NCBI GenBank assembly: GCA_964016885.1
Contig: OZ024746.1
Span: 92,938,001-93,002,000, forward strand
Direction: 5' to 3'
Source of the DNA: Eledone cirrhosa
Taxonomy: Eukaryota
Length of the DNA stretch: 64,000 bases
Shown here one piece after another: positions 54,508 to 64,000 of this stretch. The first letter of the stretch is position 1, and the number at the start of each line of letters is the position of its first letter. The notes under the pieces were generated by a model. It saw nothing but the letters and a program-made list of their open reading frames with translations. It had not been told where the DNA came from and did not search any database. A program made the translations under genes and the position numbers.

Positions 54508-56748
54508 TCACTCACTCACTCACTCACTCACTCACTCACTCACTCACTCACTCACTCACTCACTCACTCACTCACTCACTCACTCACTCACTCACTCACT
54601 CACTCACTCACTCACTCACTCACTCACTCACTCACTCACTCACTCACTCACTCACTCACTCACTCACTCACTCACTCACTCACTCACTCACTCACTCACT
54701 CACTCACTCACTCACTCACTCACTCACTCACTCACTCACTCACTCACTCACTCACTCACTCACTCACTCACTCACTCACTCACTCACTCACTCACTCACT
54801 CACTCACTCACTCACTCACTCACTCACTCACTCACTCACTCACTCACTCACTCACTCACTCACTCACTCACTCACTCACTCACTCACTCACTCACTCACT
54901 CACTCACTCACTCACTCACTCACTCACTCACTCACTCACTCACTCACTCACTCACTCACTCACTCACTCACTCACTCACTCACTCACTCACTCACTCACT
55001 CACTCACTCACTCACTCACTCACTCACTCACTCACTCACTCACTCACTCACTCACTCACTCACTCACTCACTCACTCACTCACTCACTCACTCACTCACT
55101 CACTCACTCACTCACTCACTCACTCACTCACTCACTCACTCACTCACTCACTCACTCACTCACTCACTCACTCACTCACTCACTCACTCACTCACTCACT
55201 CACTCACTCACTCACTCACTCACTCACTCACTCACTCACTCACTCACTCACTCACTCACTCACTCACTCACTCACTCACTCACTCACTCACTCACTCACT
55301 CACTCACTCACTCACTCACTCACTCACTCACTCACTCACTCACTCACTCACTCACTCACTCACTCACTCACTCACTCACTCACTCACTCACTCACTCACT
55401 CACTCACTCACTCACTCACTCACTCACTCACTCACTCACTCACTCACTCACTCACTCACTCACTCACTCACTCACTCACTCACTCACTCACTCACTCACT
55501 CACTCACTCACTCACTCACTCACTCACTCACTCACTCACTCACTCACTCACTCACTCACTCACTCACTCACTCACTCACTCACTCACTCACTCACTCACT
55601 CACTCACTCACTCACTCACTCACTCACTCACTCACTCACTCACTCACTCACTCACTCACTCACTCACTCACTCACTCACTCACTCACTCACTCACTCACT
55701 CACTCACTCACTCACTCACTCACTCACTCACTCACTCACTCACTCACTCACTCACTCACTCACTCACTCACTCACTCACTCACTCACTCACTCACTCACT
55801 CACTCACTCACTCACTCACTCACTCACTCACTCACTCACTCACTCACTCACTCACTCACTCACTCACTCACTCACTCACTCACTCACTCACTCACTCACT
55901 CACTCACTCACTCACTCACTCACTCACTCACTCACTCACTCACTCACTCACTCACTCACTCACTCACTCACTCACTCACTCACTCACTCACTCACTCACT
56001 CACTCACTCACTCACTCACTCACTCACTCACTCACTCACTCACTCACTCACTCACTCACTCACTCACTCACTCACTCACTCACTCACTCACTCACTCACT
56101 CACTCACTCACTCACTCACTCACTCACTCACTCACTCACTCACTCACTCACTCACTCACTCACTCACTCACTCACTCACTCACTCACTCACTCACTCACT
56201 CACTCACTCACTCACTCACTCACTCACTCACTCACTCACTCACTCACTCACTCACTCACTCACTCACTCACTCACTCACTCACTCACTCACTCACTCACT
56301 CACTCACTCACTCACTCACTCACTCACTCACTCACTCACTCACTCACTCACTCACTCACTCACTCACTCACTCACTCACTCACTCACTCACTCACTCACT
56401 CACTCACTCACTCACTCACTCACTCACTCACTCACTCACTCACTCACTCACTCACTCACTCACTCACTCACTCACTCACTCACTCACTCACTCACTCACT
56501 CACTCACTCACTCACTCACTCACTCACTCACTCACTCACTCACTCACTCACTCACTCACTCACTCACTCACTCACTCACTCACTCACTCACTCACTCACT
56601 CACTCACTCACTCACTCACTCACTCACTCACTCACTCACTCACTCACTCACTCACTCACTCACTCACTCACTCACTCACTCACTCACTCACTCACTCACT
56701 CACTCACTCACTCACTCACTCACTCACTCACTCACTCACTCACTCACT
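54501..56748. repeat. Perfect (CACT)n microsatellite, ~2.25 kb (~562 units)
   Basis: No interruptions seen; preceded by (CG)n, (CACG)n and (CA)n at 54431-54500. Confidence 0.97.
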
Positions 56749-57128
56749 CTAAAATAGACTATGTATAAACAAAATAAATTCTCCAATAAGTGAGGTGGAC
56801 GATTCAGGGACCCCACCAATCCTGAACCACCCGATGCTTCTATGGCACCCGGAGAGGGCATCTCTCTCCTCTTAAAATTATCCAGCCTACAGGTGCATGG
56901 TCAGAGTAGGCCCACTCACACGGGCCATAATTGTTTCTACATTTGGCACAAGGCCAGTAATTTGAAGGGATGGCAAATCGATCCCAGTGTGTAACTGTTG
57001 CTTTATTTTATCAACCCCATAAGGATGAAAGGCAAAGCTAACCTCAGCGGGATTTGAACTCAGAACGTAAAGGGCCATAACTCTATGCTACAAATCATTG
57101 TGTCTGGCGCTCTACGGATATGTAGATA

Positions 57129-58415
57129 TGTATAACTGGGATCAGCTGATGACCTTTTAAATGCAATATTCTCAAACAAGTAGCATATTTTATAGTTTCT
57201 TCTATTATTATTAATAGTAATAAAGCAGTCCTGGGTCAAGCGAAGACCGGGAGGGAGCGCTTGGAGACTGGAATGTCTTCAGGCGCTCACAGCCCTCGAC
57301 CAATCGGGCAATGTGATCGGTGGAAACTCCACTTTGGCGTTCTATAGAGGATTAGTGGAGGGGAAGAGCGACAACGTACTTGGAGAAACTCTAGGCGTCG
57401 ACGAAAATCAACTAGCCAATCTCTTCGGACGGACTTTCGAGCCGGGGCCTATGGACAACTTCCAGAAATCCCTGGCCTGGCAGTGCTACCGAGGAGCTTT
57501 GCCAGTTCGGGATAAACTCTACAAGCATGGAGGTGCCGTCAGCCGGGCATGTCCGAGATGCGCGCAGGGCGACAAAACCGTCCTGCACGCACTCGTCCAG
57601 TGTCCGAGTATTGCTGACTTGTAGGTTTATGTCGAACACCTGCTGACACGTGTAGGACGGATCCGGCTATCGCTGAGTCCATCGTGAGGATTGCCCCGCC
57701 CTCTTCCTTTAGCCGGGAAGGGCAGGCAGTTTTTATCTGTCTGGTGGCCATGGCGAAAGAGATAGTATGGTGGACACGTTTGAAAGGGCTGAAGACGAGC
57801 ACTTACCTCTTCGGTGATGCCCTGATTAACTTTTTCAAATTTCATTTGAAAAGGAAAATCAGGGTAGAGAGGGAAGTGCTCTTTTCCCAGCATTTTGTTG
57901 AAAGATGGGTGAGAGAGGCAAGAATGGCCCGAGTGAATGGGCTACTCTGAGTATATGTCTGTAAATTAAAGGTGGAAAACTGGGAAAGGGCACTTGCCCT
58001 GGTGGTCAGGGTCACTGTGGTCTTTTAATGGGCTTTCTCCACAAATGTCCCTAGGAAGTCTCCCCCCTATTGGGGAATTTTTCTTTGTTATTTTATTACA
58101 TCCTCTGCTCTGTTTTTTTTACACGCAGAAATGCCCATTTGTACCGTCCTGTATTGTCCTGTACTGTCCTTAATATCTACTTTATGTAAACCCTTGTGGT
58201 TAATAAAGAAAACATTATTAATAGTAATAAAAAGGAAAAGAAATAATAATAATAATTATTATTATTATTATTATTATTACCATCATCATCATTATTATTT
58301 CTTTTCCTTTTTATTTTTTTTATTACTATTAATAATAATAGGAGAAACTATAAAATAAGCTACTTGTTTGAGAATATTGCATTAAAAGGTCATGTCAGCT
58401 GATCCCAGTTATACA
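57129..58415. mobile_element. Foldback/MITE with ~95-bp inverted arms, interrupted by the L1/Tx1 insertion
   Basis: TGTATAACTGGGATCAGCTGA..GCAATATTCTCAAACAAGTAGC.. (57129-57224) is the reverse complement of ~58320-58415; centre is (TAA)n/(TTA)n. Confidence 0.7.
57225..58213 (+). mobile_element. 5'-truncated L1/Tx1-clade LINE (zf-RVT C-terminus and 3' UTR)
   Basis: WQCYRGALPVRDKL..CPRC..TVLHALVQCP zinc-knuckle region, stop and frameshift near 57624, AATAAA at 58202. Exact 18-bp TSD ATTATTAATAGTAATAAA at 57207-57224 and 58214-58231. Confidence 0.88.
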
Positions 58416-61400
58416 ACAAACTATAAGTTAAATTGTTAAAGAAAGGATTATTGTATTGTTACTCATGGGAGTTTTGTTCATTCATAACTAACACAAACAC
58501 ATTTTATTATTTGGTTTACAAAAATATTGAATTAATATCATTATGAAAAATTACATTGTTGTTTCATACAATCACATTTTTGTTTGTTTAGTTGTTTAGT
58601 TTAATCTTTCTTTGCAAGTTCAACTTTTGACCTGAACCTCCAATATCCCTTCTGTCTTAAAGTTCATGGGTTCTTTTGCTGAAACATTAACCTTCTGTCT
58701 TAAAAGCACACACAGGCCATGTGGTACTATTAAACTAAGCAAAGGATTAACCCTTTAGCATTTAAACCTGCTACATCCGGCCAGAATTCTCTTACCTCAT
58801 TCTCTTCAAACCGGCCATAACCAATATGATACTGACGTTGAGGTATTGTTCTCAATATGAATACTATCAAAATCTCGTAGATTCAATATTATGTGAGGTA
58901 AAGCCATTACCACGAAAATATAATAGTAAATATGGAATAATGCAAATACCAATGAGTTAAGTCTATCACCCAAGTTGGCCACAGTGGGATTTGAACTCTT
59001 AATGCTAAAAGCCCAAACAGATACCACAAGGCATCTTGTCTGGTGATCTAACAGTTCTGCTAATCTATCACTCTGGACTGGTATTTTATTTTATCAGCCC
59101 CAAAAGGATGAAAGGTGATGCTGACCTTGGTGAAATTTGAACTCGGAATACATAGATCTGGAAATACCAAATAATTTTGTCCTCTGCTCTAATGACTCTG
59201 TCAGATCACTCATTATAAGATATATATTTGATTTAAAAAAAATTTAAATCAACAAAAGAATGAAGATTAGATGAATTATGTTAGATAAGTTTAAACTCTG
59301 TTTGGTGATCGGAAGTTCATTAGGCCGGTGCTTATCCAGGTTTCTGTGGTGTGAAGCGACTGAGTACAAGACTGCCCCCTGGAAAGGACACCAGTCCATC
59401 GCAGGGTTATACTCCCAGCTATTGCTGGCACTCATTTTTTTTTCAGTTGAGTATACTAGAGCAACATGAAATAAAGTGTTTTGCTCAACATTATGATCAT
59501 AAGCGCATCACCCTTACCACTAGATACAGGAAGAGCTAAAATGTTCTGTATTTATATATTTTTAACCCCTTTCAATAACCATTTTTCTAATGACAGTCAC
59601 TGCCTCTAAGTGTAATAATTTGGAAGGATTTAGTAATATAGTAACTTTGTCATTAAGTTGGTGTTTGGAACCTAATTTAACAAAGGTTCTTACTAAACAT
59701 TTTGATGGAAGATTTTTTTTAGATAAATATAAACACTTTTTACCATATTTCTAATGAAAAACACTGTCTATAATTTTCCACTAATGTTGATAATTAAGTG
59801 CATTGTTGGTGATATGTGAAAATGGTTGATACTAATATCGTCATCATCATCATCATCATCATGTTTTTCCATGCTTGCATGTGTGAGATATATGAGGATA
59901 ATTTGGAGGGGTTTAGTAAATATAACTGTCTCTTTATTAAGTTGGTGTTTAGAAGATAAATTAACAAAGGCTCTTACATAAAATTATGATGGTAAGTTTT
60001 AGATAAATATAATCACTTTAAAATGAATAGTCGGTTTCAGGCAGTGTGTTTTTTTTTTATTTTTTATTTATCAAAAAGGTTAAAAAATAATTCATGCATT
60101 AGATTATTTTTCAATGATTTTCTGAATAAAGAAGTGTTTTGATATGAAACTCTATCTATTATTATCACAACATTCTATGTAGAAAGGGTTAAGAGACCAG
60201 ACAATTCATAAAGAAAAGCTAATAATTTCTTACTATTTCTAACTGATAAGGTTAATTAGGAGAACGGGACATGGTTACTGTAATAGAGAAAAGGATCTTG
60301 TTAATGGCTCAGAAATGTACAAAGAATTAGAAAAAGTTTGTCATATAAACTGATGGGAGTTAGCCAGGGAATACTTCATGCTTCCTCCTCACTGTATAAA
60401 TGTTATGCATTTATAAACTTTTGAAAAGGGTTCCATGCTTATCTTTAGGTCTGGGTCTCTGAATGTACAGGAAATATTTGAAACTGGTTGTATCGAGATA
60501 ACTTGTAATTTAATATGTGATATTTCTTTTAGACAAGAGAGATAGTAACTGTTAGAACTAGTGGAAATTGGAGTAGAAAAAGTCATGTTTAGTTGTGTGC
60601 AGCATGTTGTAGTACATAACATTGACATTCAAAACAGCAAGACACCATATTCTACCTCCCTCTCCACACTTGCTATCCAGTGAGTCAGCTTTTAAGATGT
60701 GTCTGTCTGCTGGAAATATGACCATCACAGCTTAAAAAAGAAAATGTCAAGTGCATGGCTGGTGATATGGGAAAATGGTCGACACCACCATCATCATCAT
60801 CATTACATGTTTTTCCATGCTTGCATGAGTGAAACAAGTCCTCTCCAGTATAACATCTCTGTTCGTCTTTCTTGGTCTTCCACTTCCATGGCTTCCCTCC
60901 ACTTGTTTCTTGAGATCAGCTTTCACCACCTCTGTCCACATCTTGTAAATATACTTGATAGCTTGTTAATATTTATGAGCTGTAGCTGAGTTTCAATTCA
61001 ATTTAGATTGTGAGTAATAAAACAATTAAAATTAAGTTTATTCACTTCCAAAAACATCCCCAACAGAACCATGTTTGGCTACATAAAGAATAAAACACTG
61101 AAGCACTCCACCACATTTAAATGGAATTACTGCAAGCAACAGCTAGAGCTTAATCTCTCATTCATCATCATCATTTTACGTCCACTTTTCCCTGCTTGCA
61201 AGGGTGGGGTGGGTCCTCTTCACAGCATCTCTCCATTTTTCACACAATTACACACAGTCATGCATAGTCACATTCACGTGCACACACACACACACACACA
61301 CACACATGCACACACACACAGTCTTGTAATACACACACACACACAGTTATGCATGCAGTCACACTCACAATCTCTCTCTCTCACATGCACAGTCACATTC

Positions 61401-64000
61401 ACTCACTCATCCGTACACGTACACACACAGTATTATCTCAACTGTAAGTCGGAATGAAAAGGAAAAGGACCATAGATATGCTTCTGAGGCCCAAACTTGA
61501 AGAAGGTGTTTTGTGGAAGACCAGCAGTTGGCCATGTATGTAAGTCTCCCCTCTTTACTAATATTGCCTAAAGGAAAGGCATAGACCAATGCAGCTTGGC
61601 TCCCATGTCATCTCAACTCATATATACACTATATATACACCATATATATCTTGTATATATATATATTATTTATGATGTTGTCCAAGGGGAAAAAATGCCA
61701 ATACAACTTGGCACTACTGTTGTCATAACTCATATATAGGCTATATACACTATATAAACTATATATATACACTAGATATACTATATATACTATAAATGAT
61801 GTACGTGGCCTTGTGGTTAGCATGTTGGATTTACTATCATAATGTTGTCGGTTAAATTCCTAGACCAGCTAGTATGTCGTGTTCTTGAGAAAAGCACTTC
61901 ATTTCACATTGCTCCCACACACTCAGTTGAAAAGGAGTACTGACAGTTTGCTGGTAGTTAACCCTGCAATGGACTGGCATCCTGTCTAAGGGAAAGTCTT
62001 TTATTCTCAGTTGCTTAATGCCAATGAAACCAGTATAAGCACCGACCTGATGAACTTTCAAGGCTTGGCACTGACTTTAACTTTCACTTTTTAACAAGGA
62101 AAAAAGTAAGAGCTGATACAACTTGTCACCAGTGTCATTACAACTAATTTTTTCCATCTGAATGGACTGAAGCAAGGTAACAAAGTATCTTTCTTAAGTA
62201 CACAATGCACTATCCTGTCAGGGAATCAAACTCATGACCATACAATGGTGAACCCAGCACCCTAACCACTAAGCCACACTCCTTCACAATTCAGAGTGAA
62301 CGTGAGAAAATGAGAAATTATTATTTTAAAGCAACTCCTCAACAATTTAATTTTAAGATAAAGAGAAAAGAAATATCAAATTTAATCCATCACCATCTGC
62401 ACCACTACAGCACGACACTGCCACCATCAACACCACTACAACATAACACCCCCACTTCCACCAACATGACCACAACCACTTACTTTAAAATATATTAAAA
62501 GCATTTGCTTAGAAAGAAAACATAATAAAAGAAAGTTCTTGATAATATCTACACCCAACACAACTGTCCTCTGGGGGGTTTCAGATTTCGGGTGGATCCA
62601 CTCTATAAAGAAGTGATTCAACTCTTAACATCCTGTACCACATAAAACCACATTAGCAAAACATTCTTGAAAAGTACAAAACTGCACTGTGACTGTACAC
62701 ATTAAAAATTAACCTTTACTCTACTACCTCAGATTTTTACAACAATTTGTCCACTGGTAAAGATATTATAAACATTTGAATGAACAAACTGTTTTTTTTT
62801 TTTAGATATTTTCTATTAAATCATTACAAGATAAATATGAACATGATTGGAATAAATGACAGTCTTCTGGTATGAAATAGCACAGATTAGAATAGAAATA
62901 GCTGTGCAAGAAACAGTAACTTATCTATCCTCTTAACCTTTTTATACTAAACTACCTGAAAACACCCCTGGTCCTGTAATATGAAACTGCCTGTTATAAA
63001 GCATATATAATATATATTTATCTAAAAACCTTCCATCATAATTTTATGTAAGAACCTTTCTTATCCTATGCATGACCATATTTCTAATGAAAGACTGCCT
63101 TAAATTTTCAAATCATTTTGAAAATAATAAAAAAAATTTGGAAGGTTTAGTAATATAACTTTCTCATTATTAAGCTGGTATTTGAAATGTATCATATTGA
63201 TTCTTACATAAAAGTATGATGAAAAGGGTTTTTAGATAATATGAACATTTTAAAAGAGCTTTGTACTATAAAACCAGGAACTGTTTGGTATTAAAAGGGT
63301 TACATTATGTTCCAAGTATTGGCTTAATAATAAAAATTCTTAATTATTTTTCTTTTTAAATCACAGGCAGCCTCTTTCCTTAGAAATATAGTGACAAATG
63401 AGTTAGCGTTTATCATCATCATCACCGTTTAACGTCAACTTTCCATTCTATCATGGGTTAGATGCGTTGTCTTATTTGAGGCAAGTCGAGGTCAGATGAC
63501 CATGTTGAGGTCAGATGACCATGTTTTGCTCATACAGAACCAAATTTGGCTGGGTTTCTATAACTGGATGCCCTTCCTTATGCCAACCACATTTACAGTG
63601 AGTACTGGGTGCTTTTTGTCATGACACCTACATGACCACTTTACAGTGTGGGCTGGGTCCTTTTTGTCATGGCACCTTCACAACCACCTTATAGTGTGGG
63701 CTGGAGGCTTTTTGTCATGACGCCTACATGACCACCTACAGTGTGGGCTGGGTGCTTTTTGTCGTGTTGCCATCATAAACATTTTACAGTGTGGGCTGGG
63801 GGTTTTGATGGGTAGGATGTGTGGGGATTAGAGAGGTGTGTGAAAAAGGTGAAGGTGGTGCATATCAGATGTAAGCTTCAGCCTGTGCTCATGGGAGGTG
63901 TATGGGGGGAGATGTGAATACGATATGTATGCTTCAACCTGTACTCAAGAGAAGTGGGGTCTTCTGTATTACTGCATAATGCCGGTTTCTCTGGTGTTAT

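Noticed and set aside
54387-56768. 793-aa ORF (THSL)n
   Set aside because: Translation of (CACT)n.
57140-57180. CTGATGA motifs here and near 37600 and 62047 as further hammerheads
   Set aside because: No stem II plus GAAA in the required spacing.

Overview
AT-rich, microsatellite-dense eukaryotic DNA. The SINE/RTE repertoire looks like octopus/coleoid cephalopod, which is an inference from repeat recognition. The window is almost entirely intronic or intergenic. The only host coding sequence I can support is one clean 87-nt phase 0-0 exon (41696-41782, +) resembling the middle exon of a PPP1R14/CPI-17-type PP1 inhibitor. The rest is a transposon mosaic: 5'-truncated RTE LINEs of several subfamilies, an L1/Tx1-type LINE end with an 18-bp TSD, R4/Dong-like and CRE-like restriction-endonuclease LINE relics, at least two tRNA-derived SINE families, piggyBac-like and hAT-like MITEs, a head-to-tail non-autonomous Helitron dimer, minisatellites and very long microsatellites. 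Most long ORFs in the track are microsatellite artefacts. Most notable: (i) four dispersed copies of a short (TA)n-associated element carrying a minimal type-I hammerhead ribozyme motif (Penelope-like); (ii) two copies of a ~620-bp bipartite non-autonomous RTE embedded in (TATG/TA)n with a strongly base-paired, possibly ribozyme-like 5' end; (iii) a locally templated insertion replacing a poly-C run in a MITE. I found no clear evidence of a wholly new multi-gene system.
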